The translations under genes and the position numbers were made by a program. Of a stretch of DNA of 64,000 nucleotides, positions 26,485-36,929 are shown in pieces. This stretch comes from Pontiella sp. GTDB lineage: Bacteria > Verrucomicrobiota > Kiritimatiellia > Kiritimatiellales > Pontiellaceae. The notes beneath the pieces were generated by a model that was given only the letters and a program-made list of their open reading frames with translations, ran no database searches and was not told where the DNA came from. The stretch covers positions 32,001 to 96,000 of the forward strand of contig JBNKHE010000009.1 in assembly GCA_050290185.1 (NCBI GenBank). Direction: 5' to 3'. Position 1 is the first letter of the stretch, and the number at the start of each line of letters is the position of its first letter.

Positions 26485-29130
26485 CTACATCCCGTTGATC
26501 ACCACGTTGGCTGGTTTCAGCCCTTCCGCCGTTGCGCGGAGGGTGATCGGTCCGGCGGCGTTCGCGCGAACGATGCAGAGCGCAAGACCGTTGAAGGCCT
26601 TGCGTTCGGACGATTGGAATACGGTGAGGTCGGTTGCATCACCGTTGTCGGTGGCGACGATTTCGCCGGGGCCTTCGATCGTGAACTTAATGTTGTACAT
26701 GGCAACTGGCATCATGCGTCCTTTTTCATCCTGAACCGTCAGGGTGATGAAGGAGAGATCCTTTCCATCGGTCATGATGCTTGAGCGATCGGCCTTCAGC
26801 GCGAGCCTTGCCGCCGGTCCGGCGGTTTGCACGGAGTCTTCCGCCCATTTCCTGCCGTCCTTGTAGGCGACGACCTTGAGTTCGCCGGGTTCATAGATGA
26901 CGTCGTCCCAGCGCAGGCGGTATTCAAATTTGCCCTTTTTCTTTCGTCCGAGCGATTTCCTGTTGAGGAACAGCTCGGCTTCATCGCCGGAAGTGTAGAC
27001 GTGAACGGGCGTAACCTGTCCAACGCGATCCGGCCAGTTCCAGTGGGGCAGGATATGCGCCATGGGCAGATCCGGCCGCCAGCGGGCCTGGTAGATGTAG
27101 AAGCGGTCCTTCCTGAAGCCGGCGAGGTCGACGATGCCGAAATAGGAGCTGCGGGACGGCACCTTGATTTTGCCGATGGCTTCGAGTTCGGAGCGCGCTT
27201 TTTCCTTTTCCTCTTCCGTGTGGAAGTTGCTGAGGACGGTCATGTCGGCGTTAAACGGGGTGGGTTCGCCGAGATAGTCGAAGCCGGTCCAGACAAATTC
27301 GCCTGCGACGTAGAGGAACTCGTCCTGAGCCTTGAACTCCCAGTCCGGCGGCTGGGCCCAGCGCGGGGCATAGAGGTCGTAGGAACTCATCTGAAAGCCG
27401 ATCTTGCCGCCGTCCTTGTTGTCGTCGACCGGGAAGAGGTATTCTCCGCGGGAACTGATGCACGAGGAGGTTTCGCTGCCGAAGAGCGGCTGGTCGGGAT
27501 TGTTCTTGTGGAACTTTTCATAGAGCATCGGTTTGTAGTTGTAGCCGAAGATATCGATGGTTTTGTTATAGCCGTTTTCTCCGGATTGCGGTCGGTCGTT
27601 TCCGGTAGTGACGGGTCGGGTCGGATCTTCATTGTGGGCGATGGCGCTGAGGTGCTCGGATATATGGAAGCGCTTGGGATCGCCCTGTTCACCGATTTCG
27701 TTTCCGGTGCTCCAGGCAAAGATGCAGGGATGGTTGCGGTCGCGCCGGATCATGGCGCGCAGATCAGCCTCGGACCAATCCTTGAACAGCAGGCCATAGC
27801 CGTTCTTTTTCTTTGGATAGGTCCAGGTGTCGGTTAGCTCGTCCAGCACGAGCAGGCCCATGCGGTCGCACAGGTCGAGGAATTCCGGCGCGGGCGGGTT
27901 GTGGCTGGTACGGATGGCGTTGACGCCCATTTCCTTCATGATTTCAAGTTGCCGCTCCGAGGCCCGGACATTGTAGGCCGCTCCCAGCGCGCCGAGGTCA
28001 TGGTGCAGGCAGACGCCCTTGAGCTCGACGACTTGACCGTTCAGCAGAAAACCCTTATCGGCATCAAATTCCATGGTCCGGATACCAAAAGGTGTTTCGT
28101 GTCGTTCGACAATTTTACCGTCCTGCTGAATGGAAGTGACAGCCACGTACCTGTTGGGGGATTCCGTATCCCAAAGCGCCGGACGATCAATGCGAAATTC
28201 CGTGACATAGTTTTCTGCGCCGTTCGGTGAAAGCTTCATGCTAATCGGCTCGGAGGTTGCAACCGGTTTATCCATATCCGATTCGATGAAGATCTGTGTA
28301 GCGATACGAGCACTGGCTACGGTTTCGGTTTGGTTAAGTATGGTTGATTGAAGGTGGATGTCGGCGCTGGTCGAAGAAACCTTCGGCGTGATGATATACG
28401 TGCTCCACTGCGCGACGTGGACCGGTGCGGTCTTGATGAGCCAGACGTTGCGGTAGATGCCGCCGCCGGGGTACCAGCGCGACGACTCTTCAGGGTTGTC
28501 GAGGCGGATGGCGAGGGTGTTTTTCTTTCCGGTTTCAAGGTAGGGGGTGAGGTCGAGCTGCCATGTGGTATATCCGTAGGGCCAGCCACCGACGAGTTTC
28601 CCATTGCACCATACGGTTGCGTAGGACATGGCCCCGTCCACTTGAAGGAAGATGCGTTTTGCATCGTCGGTTTCCGGCAGGTCGAAGGATTTGCGATACC
28701 ACGCCACGCCGAACCAGGGCAGCTTGGCGGTTTCTCCCGGCAGATTGATGTCGAAGGGGCCTTCGATGCCCCAATCGTGCGGCAGGTCGAGCTGGCGCCA
28801 TCCAGAGTCGTCAAAGTCCACTTGAGTTACGGTGGCGGCTTCTCCCGGTGCGGCTCCCTCGGGCCGGTTGGCCGAAGTCGATGTGACAAAGCCGTTGGCG
28901 GAGGGAAGCAGCCAAGGTTTCAGCTGTTTGTAGGTGAGATCCCCGTCCGTTCCTGCTGGATCGTTTTTCTGGAAACGCCAGTTTTTGGTGAAAAGAATTT
29001 TTTCACGGGGCGGTGGCGTTGCGGCAGAGCATGTTTCGTTTTCCATTGTTTCCTCCGCTATGCTGGATTGGGTTGCAAGGCCGACAGTCAGCAGCATTGT
29101 TATCCGAAGTGCAAAATAAATGTGTTTCAT
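26485..29130 (-). CDS. Glycoside hydrolase family 2 (beta-galactosidase-like), secreted
   Basis: LPHDW, GVCLHHDLG, IRTSHNPP, WSTGNE (acid/base), GSETSS (nucleophile region) and WTGFDYLGEP; N-terminal signal peptide. Confidence 0.93.
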   Translation of the reverse strand: MKHIYFALRITMLLTVGLATQSSIAEETMENETCSAATPPPREKILFTKNWRFQKNDPAGTDGDLTYKQLKPWLLPSANGFVTSTSANRPEGAAPGEAATVTQVDFDDSGWRQLDLPHDWGIEGPFDINLPGETAKLPWFGVAWYRKSFDLPETDDAKRIFLQVDGAMSYATVWCNGKLVGGWPYGYTTWQLDLTPYLETGKKNTLAIRLDNPEESSRWYPGGGIYRNVWLIKTAPVHVAQWSTYIITPKVSSTSADIHLQSTILNQTETVASARIATQIFIESDMDKPVATSEPISMKLSPNGAENYVTEFRIDRPALWDTESPNRYVAVTSIQQDGKIVERHETPFGIRTMEFDADKGFLLNGQVVELKGVCLHHDLGALGAAYNVRASERQLEIMKEMGVNAIRTSHNPPAPEFLDLCDRMGLLVLDELTDTWTYPKKKNGYGLLFKDWSEADLRAMIRRDRNHPCIFAWSTGNEIGEQGDPKRFHISEHLSAIAHNEDPTRPVTTGNDRPQSGENGYNKTIDIFGYNYKPMLYEKFHKNNPDQPLFGSETSSCISSRGEYLFPVDDNKDGGKIGFQMSSYDLYAPRWAQPPDWEFKAQDEFLYVAGEFVWTGFDYLGEPTPFNADMTVLSNFHTEEEKEKARSELEAIGKIKVPSRSSYFGIVDLAGFRKDRFYIYQARWRPDLPMAHILPHWNWPDRVGQVTPVHVYTSGDEAELFLNRKSLGRKKKGKFEYRLRWDDVIYEPGELKVVAYKDGRKWAEDSVQTAGPAARLALKADRSSIMTDGKDLSFITLTVQDEKGRMMPVAMYNIKFTIEGPGEIVATDNGDATDLTVFQSSERKAFNGLALCIVRANAAGPITLRATAEGLKPANVVINGM

Positions 29131-29392
29131 CAGTATCTCCTGATTCTGAAGTGTGATCCTAACTTCCCGGAGGTGAATGAGACCATTACTCTATAACAAC
29201 GCTCCAATCAAATGCATTGATAAACAGGAACGCTGCGAAGCATAGTGTCCGGAAGGCGGTAATAGTGCCGGAGGCACGGTCCAAGCGGTAAGAAATTGGA
29301 CGCGAGGGAAGCAAAGAAGTTTTTTCCATGATTTCAATGCATGACTGCGATGCGCATGTACGTTATGGATAGAGGTCTTAAGGGGAAAGCAT

Positions 29393-30184
29393 ATGAATAG
29401 AATGGGTCAGTGCCGGATTGGGAGATCTTTGATCACAGGGGTTGTTGTGTGTGCCTTCCTTGCCATCACGACATGGTCCGCCGAACAGTACCGCACGTTT
29501 ACCAATACGCAGGCCCGTTCGTTTGAGGGGGAACTCAAGGCTTTTAATGCCATCGAGGAAACGGTGAGCATCCAGCGCGCCGATGGTAGAACAGGGAAGA
29601 TGCCGCTGGCTGTATTTTCAGAGCAGGACCGGAAATATATCCGTAATTGGGGATGTACCAATGACTTTATGACCGGGATCAAGGTTGCGGCATTCCTCGA
29701 GGCCTATTCCGTGTCAGCCGAGGAAACGGACTTCGACGATGTCACCAAACAGGTCAAGGATTTCCGCTTTAACGTGCAATTGAAAAATCAATCGACCACG
29801 GCGTTTGGAAAAATCAACGTGGAATACTGCCTCTTCTACCGGCAGGGGGAACGGGATGGTTCGACCATCCAATACGACGAAGGAATCTGCCATAGCGAAA
29901 TCAACGTCGAATCCCTGGCATCGGCTGACTTGGCGGATCTCGAAACGAAGTATGTCCGTCTTTATTCCGCCGCCGGCCAACAAACCCTGTTTGGTTCACT
30001 GGAGCTGTCCGATGCCGAGGTACGGGGGCTCTGGCTGCGCATGAAAATGAAGCTTCCGTCGGGCGAGGAGCTGATTCGGGAATACCGGACGGCTGAAGAC
30101 GATTTCTGGAAGTGGAGTGACTATTCGATCGGTGCGGGTCTGAACAAGGGCGACTCCGGGACGGGATACTACTTTGTCCCGTAG
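29393..30184 (+). CDS. Secreted hypothetical protein with an N-terminal SHD1-like domain
   Basis: Signal peptide, then RTFTN..ARSFEG...V.IQRADG...L..FSEQDR.YI, the pattern of SHD1-like domains seen in PVC bacteria. Confidence 0.65.
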   Translation: MNRMGQCRIGRSLITGVVVCAFLAITTWSAEQYRTFTNTQARSFEGELKAFNAIEETVSIQRADGRTGKMPLAVFSEQDRKYIRNWGCTNDFMTGIKVAAFLEAYSVSAEETDFDDVTKQVKDFRFNVQLKNQSTTAFGKINVEYCLFYRQGERDGSTIQYDEGICHSEINVESLASADLADLETKYVRLYSAAGQQTLFGSLELSDAEVRGLWLRMKMKLPSGEELIREYRTAEDDFWKWSDYSIGAGLNKGDSGTGYYFVP

Positions 30185-30293
30185 GAGCGGTCGGGCCGTC
30201 ATGGCCTCATATTGCAGGGTTTATGGATTTGTATCGGCTTGGGAGAACAGGTAAAAACGGGCTCTTGTTTTTGGCGGGGAGCCGCCTGCTATC

Positions 30294-30361
30294 AGTTAAT
30301 GGTTAATGGGTAAATGTGTTCCGTGAACCTCTAATTAACGAATAACTAATCGCGATAACTA
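30294..30361. repeat. Degenerate inverted heptamer repeat array upstream of trpS
   Basis: AGTTAAT GGTTAAT GGGTAAA on the left faces ATTAACG AATAACT...ATAACT on the right. Confidence 0.5.
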
Positions 30362-30379
30362 CAAAACGGAGTTTTGTTG

Positions 30380-31342
30380 ATGAGGATTCTTTCGGGCATT
30401 CAGCCTTCGGGCAAACTGCATATTGGAAACTATTTCGGGATGATGAAGCCGGCGATCGAACTGCAGGAGCAGGGCGATGCCTACCTCTTCATCGCCAACT
30501 ACCATGCCATGACCACGGTGCAGGATGCGGCTGCGCTTAGGCAGATGACGACCGACGTAGCGCTGGACTTTCTGGCGTGTGGAATCGATCCGGAAAAAAC
30601 GGCGTTTTATCGTCAGAGCGACGTGCCCGAAGTGCACGAACTGGCCTGGATGCTGTCGACCCTCTGCCCAATGGGGTTGCTGGAACGATGCCATTCCTAC
30701 AAGGACAAGATTGCCAAGGGAATTGCGGCCTCGCACGGCCTGTTTGCTTATCCGGTGCTGATGGCGGCCGATATTCTTGCCGTCAACTCCAATGTCGTGC
30801 CCGTTGGCCGCGACCAGAAGCAGCACGTCGAGGTGACGCGCGATCTGGCGATACGCTTCAACAATGCGTATGGCGAAGTTTTCACCATTCCTGAACCATC
30901 GATCCGCGAGCAAGTGGCTGTGGTGCCGGGTATCGACGGGCAGAAAATGTCGAAGTCGTACAACAATACCATCGAGATTTTCAGCGAGGGTAAGCCACTG
31001 AAAAAGCAGGTGATGAAGATCATGACCGACAGCAAGGAACTGGAAGATCCGAAAGATCCGGACACCTGCAACGTCTTTGCGCTCTACAAGCTTTTCGGAA
31101 CGGAAGAAGAGGTGGTCGATCTGGCGGATCGCTACCGCGCCGGCGGCATGGGTTATGGTCATGCCAAGACCGAGTTGCTCGGTAAGATCAACGAGCATTT
31201 CGGCCCCATGCGCGAACGCCGCGCCGAATTGGCCAACGATATGGATTATGTGGAAGATGTGCTGCACCAGGGTGCGGAAAAGGCGCGGATACTTGCGCGG
31301 GAAATCCTTCAAAGGGCCCGTCAGGCAGTCGGCTTGGAGTAG
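30380..31342 (+). CDS. trpS: Tryptophan--tRNA ligase
   Basis: SGIQPSG.LHIGNY (HIGH), YPVLMAADIL, VPVG.DQ.QH and KMSKS. Confidence 0.97.
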   Translation: MRILSGIQPSGKLHIGNYFGMMKPAIELQEQGDAYLFIANYHAMTTVQDAAALRQMTTDVALDFLACGIDPEKTAFYRQSDVPEVHELAWMLSTLCPMGLLERCHSYKDKIAKGIAASHGLFAYPVLMAADILAVNSNVVPVGRDQKQHVEVTRDLAIRFNNAYGEVFTIPEPSIREQVAVVPGIDGQKMSKSYNNTIEIFSEGKPLKKQVMKIMTDSKELEDPKDPDTCNVFALYKLFGTEEEVVDLADRYRAGGMGYGHAKTELLGKINEHFGPMRERRAELANDMDYVEDVLHQGAEKARILAREILQRARQAVGLE

Positions 31343-31441
31343 GGATGCCTGCGACCGGGTGTCGGGCAAAATGATTATCCATGCTGGAGCGGCAATTCTT
31401 TTATGCCTGATCATCTTGTCATCCCAATCAACTGAATGTGA

Positions 31442-32257
31442 ATGGATGTGAATAGCCAAATGGATTTGATTAAAGACGACTACAAGGTCTCGCTCGAAGT
31501 GTTCGAGGGGCCGCTGGATCTGCTTTTGTACCTGATCAAGAAGGACGAAGTGGATATCTACGACATTCCGATCGGGCGCATTACCGACCAGTACATGGAA
31601 TATCTACAGCTAATGAAGGTCCTCGACCTGAACATTGCCGGCGATTTTATCGTGATGTCTGCGACGCTGATGCTGATCAAGAGCCGCATGCTGCTTCCGG
31701 TGGAGGAGCGCAAGGAGATGGACGAGGAGGACGAGGAGGATCCCCGCTGGGATCTGGTCCGGCAGTTGGTGGAATACAAGAAGTTCAAGGATGCCGCCGA
31801 CCACCTCGAAGAGCTTGAAATGCATATGGAAAATGTGTTCGGTCGCGAGAGCGAGCACGTCGAATTGGGAGCGCCGCCGGATGTTGACCTTCGGGACGCG
31901 AGCATCTTCGACCTGATTTCATCGTTAAACGAGGCGTTGGGCCGGGTCAAGGAAGAGGACCTTCAGGAAATCTTTGCCGAGGAATACACCGTCTCGCAAA
32001 AAGTGACCTATATTGTCGAGAACCTGAAAATTGCCAAGCGGCTGAGCGTCACCGACCTTTTCACAGGCATGGTTTCCCGTCAGGAGATTGTCTGTACTTT
32101 CCTTGCGGTGCTTGAACTGATAAAACTGAACCGCATTGCCGCGGTGCAGGGCGATCATTTCGGCGAAATCGTGGTGGAGCCGCGCGAGCCGGAGCCGGAG
32201 CAGATGGCCGTGGATGAGCCGGGCGAACCGGAGCCGGTGGAAGATCAGTTGTTTTAG
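31442..32257 (+). CDS. scpA: Segregation and condensation protein A (kleisin)
   Basis: FEGPLDLLL, IKSRMLLP and FLAVLEL. Start may be 31460. Confidence 0.95.
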   Translation: MDVNSQMDLIKDDYKVSLEVFEGPLDLLLYLIKKDEVDIYDIPIGRITDQYMEYLQLMKVLDLNIAGDFIVMSATLMLIKSRMLLPVEERKEMDEEDEEDPRWDLVRQLVEYKKFKDAADHLEELEMHMENVFGRESEHVELGAPPDVDLRDASIFDLISSLNEALGRVKEEDLQEIFAEEYTVSQKVTYIVENLKIAKRLSVTDLFTGMVSRQEIVCTFLAVLELIKLNRIAAVQGDHFGEIVVEPREPEPEQMAVDEPGEPEPVEDQLF

Positions 32258-32271
32258 GACGGAGCACGAAC

Positions 32272-33024
32272 ATGAGCGAAAGCACGGTAGATGTACTTCC
32301 AGAACTGAAGCAGATTGTGGGGGCATTGCTGTTCGCGGCCAAAGAGCCGCTGACCGTGAAGCGCATCCGCAAGGCGATGATTGAAACCGGTAATGGATTT
32401 TCCGGCCCCTACGAACAGTATGCCAAAGCAACGGATACGCAAATCGAGGGAGCGATCGAGCAGTTGCAGGAGGATCTGGATAAGGCCAAGCTGGGGCTCA
32501 ACGTTGCGCTTGTGGCGGGGGCCTACCGCCTTCAGAACGACGCTTCCTGCGGACCTTTTGTCCGTGCCTTGCTCGAAAAAAACCAGGTGATGCGGCTTTC
32601 CAAGCCGGCCCTTGAAACCCTGGCGATCGTGGCCTACCGCCAGCCGTGTCTGCGCTCGGAGATCGAGGAGGTGCGCGGGGTGTCGGTTGATGCCGTTTTG
32701 CGCAAGCTCATTGATATGCAGCTGGTACGCGTGGTGCGCCGCAGCGAGCTTCCGGGCCGCCCGTGGCTGTTTGGAACAACCCAGAAGTTCCTTGAGCATT
32801 TCGGTATCAACCAGATCGAGGATCTGCCCGGCAGTCAGGAACTGAAGCGAGCCATGCCGGTGAATGAAAAAAAGAAGAGCACTGAAACCTTCCCGAAAAT
32901 GGAGGAGGAACTCAGCGAAAAAGCCGGTGACGACGGAGAGGCCGAAGCATCTGTTGCCGCGCTTGACGAGGAGATCCAGGGTAGTGAAAAGCCTGTGGAG
33001 GATGAGGAAAAAAATGAATCTTGA
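32272..33024 (+). CDS. scpB: Segregation and condensation protein B
   Basis: LSKPALETLAIVAYRQP, IEEVRGV and GRP.LFGTT..FL..FG. Confidence 0.95.
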   Translation: MSESTVDVLPELKQIVGALLFAAKEPLTVKRIRKAMIETGNGFSGPYEQYAKATDTQIEGAIEQLQEDLDKAKLGLNVALVAGAYRLQNDASCGPFVRALLEKNQVMRLSKPALETLAIVAYRQPCLRSEIEEVRGVSVDAVLRKLIDMQLVRVVRRSELPGRPWLFGTTQKFLEHFGINQIEDLPGSQELKRAMPVNEKKKSTETFPKMEEELSEKAGDDGEAEASVAALDEEIQGSEKPVEDEEKNES

Positions 33025-34078
33025 CGACCTGAGAAACCAGATCGACTCGCTCGACTCTGAAATTGTCCGCCTGTTGAACGAGCGCATCAATGTGGTGCTT
33101 GAAATCGGCGAGGAAAAAAAGAAAAACGGCGCGGAAATCTATGTGCCGTCGCGTGAGCGACAGGTCTTTGAAAAAATCAAGAGCCTGAACGCCGGTCCGC
33201 TTCCGGAAGAGTCCGCCCACGCCATCTACCGCGAAATCATGTCGGCTGCGCTGGCACTGGAAACCGAAATGAAGATTGCCTATCTCGGTCCGGAGGCCAC
33301 CTTCACGCATCAGGCGGCGCGCGGCAAGTTCGGGGCCAGCGTCGAGTATCTGCCCGCCAGCACCATCAGCGAAGTGTTTGACCGGGTGCAAAACCGCACG
33401 GCCGATTATGGTGTCGTGCCGATCGAAAACTCCACCGAAGGCGCCGTAACGCATACCTTCGACCTGTTTGCCACGACGCCGCTCAAGATTTGCGCCGAAA
33501 TCTATCTCCCCATCTCGCAGACCCTACTGTCGAAATATCCGAGAGATGAAATCACGAAAATCTACAGTAAAGATGTTGCTTTTGGTCAGTGCCGCGGCTG
33601 GTTGCGGACCAATATGCCAAACGCCCAGCAGGAGGCGGTCGACAGCACGGCCCACGCCGTGCAACTGGCGCTGGAAAATCCTGGTACCGCCGCCATCGCC
33701 AGCTCCATGGCGTCCGACATGTACGATATCGAAGTCCTCGCCACGAACATTCAGGATATTCAGGGCAATACGACCCGATTCCTGGTCATTGGCCAGAAAT
33801 ACGGACCGGCCACAGGCAACGACAAAACCTCAATCGTCTTCGGCGTAAAGCACAAGGTTGGCGCGCTCTACGACGCACTTTCCGTCTTCAAGGCCGACAA
33901 CATCAACATGACCAAGATCGAATCGCGCCCCAGCAAGAACAAGGCATGGGAATATTATTTCTTCGTAGACATCGACGGTCACGCCAGCGACGAAAAAGTA
34001 GCTCGCGCGCTAGAAGACCTGCAAGAGCATTGTACCGTCATGACCATCCTTGGCTCCTATCCCAAGGCCGAACTGTAA
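33014..34078 (+). CDS. pheA: Chorismate mutase / prephenate dehydratase
   Basis: LR..ID..D N-terminal CM domain, YLGPEATF, PIENSTEG, NTTRF and an ACT domain with ESRP. Confidence 0.95.
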   Translation: MNLDDLRNQIDSLDSEIVRLLNERINVVLEIGEEKKKNGAEIYVPSRERQVFEKIKSLNAGPLPEESAHAIYREIMSAALALETEMKIAYLGPEATFTHQAARGKFGASVEYLPASTISEVFDRVQNRTADYGVVPIENSTEGAVTHTFDLFATTPLKICAEIYLPISQTLLSKYPRDEITKIYSKDVAFGQCRGWLRTNMPNAQQEAVDSTAHAVQLALENPGTAAIASSMASDMYDIEVLATNIQDIQGNTTRFLVIGQKYGPATGNDKTSIVFGVKHKVGALYDALSVFKADNINMTKIESRPSKNKAWEYYFFVDIDGHASDEKVARALEDLQEHCTVMTILGSYPKAEL

Positions 34079-34093
34079 TCCGGTTTCTTTGGC

Positions 34094-35197
34094 ATGACGA
34101 CCTCTCTTGATCCCCGCGAAATGGAACTGCTGCGGGAGGTGGTATCGCTCCCGACCGCGCCGTTCCATGAGAAACGGGTGCAGGCGTATATCCGGGCCTG
34201 GGCGGAGTCCAACGGAATCGATTGTACGCAGGATCCGGATGGCAACATCCTGCTGTGCTACCCGGGCAAGGGCCGCCGGCCAAAAAAACCGTGGGTGTTG
34301 CAGGCCCACATGGACCATCCTGGATTCTCTTTCATCAAGCGGCGCGGCCGCATTGCCCAGGCCTGGTTCCGGGGCGGTGTGCTCAAGGACTATTTCGCGG
34401 GCTCCCGCATGTGCTTCCATCCCGAAGGCCATGACGCGGTTCGCGGAACCGTACGCTCCGTCCGGCGCGACAAGGAAACCGGGTTTCTGCGTTGCCGGAT
34501 TGAACTGGATCAGAACGCCGACCTCGAGGAGGGCACGCTTGGGATGTGGGACCTTCCGTGCTGGCGCAAGCGCGGCGACATGCTGTCGCTTCGGGTTGCC
34601 GACGATTTGTGCGGCGCGGCGAGCATACTGTTGACGCTGGCGCGTTTAAAGCGCGCGGGTTCCGGACGAACAACGTATGGGCTGTTGACCCGTGCTGAAG
34701 AAGTCGGTTTTGTCGGGGCTATTTCCGCGGCCAAGCATGGGCTGGTTGATCCGGCCTGGCCGGTGTTGGGCATCGAAATGTCCAAGGAGCAACCCAATGC
34801 CAGGCTGGGTGGCGGGGCTGTAATTCGCGTTGGCGACGCACTGACGGTCTTTGACCCGGCTCTGACCGCGCTCATGCGGCAGACCGCCCGTGACTTGGAA
34901 AAGAATAAGCGGACATCGCACCTGAAGTATGTCTCTTCGCTCATGCCCGGCGGCAGTACCGAATCCACGGGACTGGCCCAAATGGGGTATCAAACGTGTG
35001 CCGTCTGCCTGCCGCTCGGAAACTACCACAACATGGGTGGAAACTCGATCGCGCCCGAAAAAATCAATCTGCGGGATTTCGAAGCCCTTCTGGCATTGCT
35101 GGCCGAAGTGGCGCAGCGCGATCCGGATTCCGCCTGTGGCGGCGGATTGAAACAGCGCCTGCTGGAAAATCACCGCAAGTGCTCGTCCTTGCTGTGA
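34094..35197 (+). CDS. M42/M20/M28-clan metallopeptidase
   Basis: Metal-ligand motifs AHMDH, ADD, AEEVG, GGSTE and YHN. Confidence 0.8.
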   Translation: MTTSLDPREMELLREVVSLPTAPFHEKRVQAYIRAWAESNGIDCTQDPDGNILLCYPGKGRRPKKPWVLQAHMDHPGFSFIKRRGRIAQAWFRGGVLKDYFAGSRMCFHPEGHDAVRGTVRSVRRDKETGFLRCRIELDQNADLEEGTLGMWDLPCWRKRGDMLSLRVADDLCGAASILLTLARLKRAGSGRTTYGLLTRAEEVGFVGAISAAKHGLVDPAWPVLGIEMSKEQPNARLGGGAVIRVGDALTVFDPALTALMRQTARDLEKNKRTSHLKYVSSLMPGGSTESTGLAQMGYQTCAVCLPLGNYHNMGGNSIAPEKINLRDFEALLALLAEVAQRDPDSACGGGLKQRLLENHRKCSSLL

Positions 35198-35685
35198 TCC
35201 CGCTTAGGATAGTCGAAGTCCAACAGTGTGGCGGGACAGGTACCGGCATTTTTCCAGGAATCTGTTATTAGCTCAAGGGTGGCCACGCCGCAGGTTGGCA
35301 TGCCTCCGATCCGTTCCCCGGATAGCAAGTCGGCTAGCCAGCTCATGGAAGGGTTGTGGCCGACAAGCATCGCTGAATCGAACCGGTCCGACACATTATG
35401 GATAATGTTCATCAGGGTCTCAGGGGCAGCTTCGTAGATGCGATCGTTGAACAGTACTGATTCCATCGCTACGCAGATTTCAGTGGCCAGCCGTTCGGCC
35501 GTTTGGCGGGCGCGCATGGCGGGGCTGCTGATAATGATATCAGGAGAGAGGGACCGCTTTCGTAGCTGGCATCCCATCTCCGGTGCATCGCGCAGTCCAC
35601 GCTTGTTGAGCGGGCGGTCGAAGTCGGAGAGGTGGTTGTGCCAATCCGAGTTGGCGTGGCGCACGAGATAGAGCGTTTTAGCCAT
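35170..35685 (-). CDS. sixA: SixA-like histidine phosphatase
   Basis: LVRHA.S, D.DRPL..RG, SSPA.RA.QT and LVGHNP. Confidence 0.88.
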   Translation of the reverse strand: MAKTLYLVRHANSDWHNHLSDFDRPLNKRGLRDAPEMGCQLRKRSLSPDIIISSPAMRARQTAERLATEICVAMESVLFNDRIYEAAPETLMNIIHNVSDRFDSAMLVGHNPSMSWLADLLSGERIGGMPTCGVATLELITDSWKNAGTCPATLLDFDYPKRDHSKDEHLR

Positions 35686-36067
35686 TCAATGCTCCGAAAG
35701 AGTATGGCAGCAGCTCGCCGAGAGTGATTGTTTCGCATCCATTGGCGTTGGCTACATAAACGGGTAAGTCGGCGGAACAGAATTCTGCCAGCACCTGACG
35801 GCAGGCTCCACAGGGAACGGGAGTCGGTTCGCCGGAGGCGGCAATGGCGATCGCCTTGAAGGTCGTTTGACCTGTAGCAACGGCGGAAAAAACCGCGGTA
35901 CGTTCGGCGCAGTTGGTCAGGCCGTAGGAGGCGTTTTCCACGTTGCAGCCGGTGAAGACGGTTCCATCTTCGCACAGCAGGGCCGCTCCAACCTTGTAGT
36001 TGGAGTAGGGCGCATGCGCATGGTCCAGCGCCTTGCGGGCGGCGTCAACCAGTTCAGCGGGATTCAT
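35678..36067 (-). CDS. cdd: Cytidine deaminase (homotetrameric type)
   Basis: APYS.YKVGAA, NVENASY, CAE and PCGACRQ. Confidence 0.95.
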   Translation of the reverse strand: MNPAELVDAARKALDHAHAPYSNYKVGAALLCEDGTVFTGCNVENASYGLTNCAERTAVFSAVATGQTTFKAIAIAASGEPTPVPCGACRQVLAEFCSADLPVYVANANGCETITLGELLPYSFGALNG

Positions 36068-36881
36068 GGGCCAGCTCCTCCAGGAAGGTTTCGATGGTTT
36101 TTTTCATGCGGGGCATGGTTTTGGCGGCCGTTTCGTTAACATCCTCGTGGGTGAGTTTCGTCGGGCTGATGCCCGCCGCCCAGTTGCAGATGCAGGAGAG
36201 ACCGGCCACGCGCATGCCGAGTGCGTTGGCCACGATGGCTTCGGGGACCGTTGACATGCCGACGGCATCGGCGCCCATGGCGGCGAACATCTTGATTTCC
36301 GCGGGGGTTTCGAAGGTGGGGCCCGTGGTGGCAATGTAGGTGCCGGTGGCGTCGGCCCCGGCATTCATGAGTTTATGCCATAGTTCTTTGGTGTAGACTT
36401 CCGACTGGTCGGGGAAGCGGGTGCCAAGATTGGAGTTGTGAGGACCGATCAGCGGGTTGGATCCGAGCATGTTGATGTGGTCTTCAATCGCCATGAGCGA
36501 CCCCGGCGGCAGGTTGGTGCTGATGCCTCCGGCGGCATTGGTCAGCAGGATGGTATCGGCGCCGAACGCATGCAACAGGTAGACGGGTAAAATAACCGGG
36601 GTCCAACCCGCCCCTTCGTACCAGTGGCGCCGGCCTTGGAAGATAAACAGTTCCATGCCGCCGATGGCTACGAGGCGAATCTTGCCGGCGTGTCCCATGA
36701 CGCCGGTGATTCCAAGTCCAGGAATGTCGGCATAAGGGATTTCAGGGCCTTCGAAGTTTGCCGCGGCTTCACCCCAGCCGGAACCGAGAACAAGGCCGCA
36801 TAGGGGGGTGGCATCCGGCCAGGCCTGCTTTAGGAAGGCGACGGCCTTGTCGAGGACGGACTGGTTGATTTGTATATCCAT
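36054..36881 (-). CDS. punA: Purine nucleoside phosphorylase (trimeric type)
   Basis: LGSG, GH.G, GR.H.YEG, TNAAGG, GP.FET.AE and VGMSTVPE. Confidence 0.93.
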   Translation of the reverse strand: MDIQINQSVLDKAVAFLKQAWPDATPLCGLVLGSGWGEAAANFEGPEIPYADIPGLGITGVMGHAGKIRLVAIGGMELFIFQGRRHWYEGAGWTPVILPVYLLHAFGADTILLTNAAGGISTNLPPGSLMAIEDHINMLGSNPLIGPHNSNLGTRFPDQSEVYTKELWHKLMNAGADATGTYIATTGPTFETPAEIKMFAAMGADAVGMSTVPEAIVANALGMRVAGLSCICNWAAGISPTKLTHEDVNETAAKTMPRMKKTIETFLEELAHESR

Positions 36882-36929
36882 GCCCAAAGCTTAGTTGGCC
36901 AGCGGATGCGAATCAACATCTAGTCGGGT

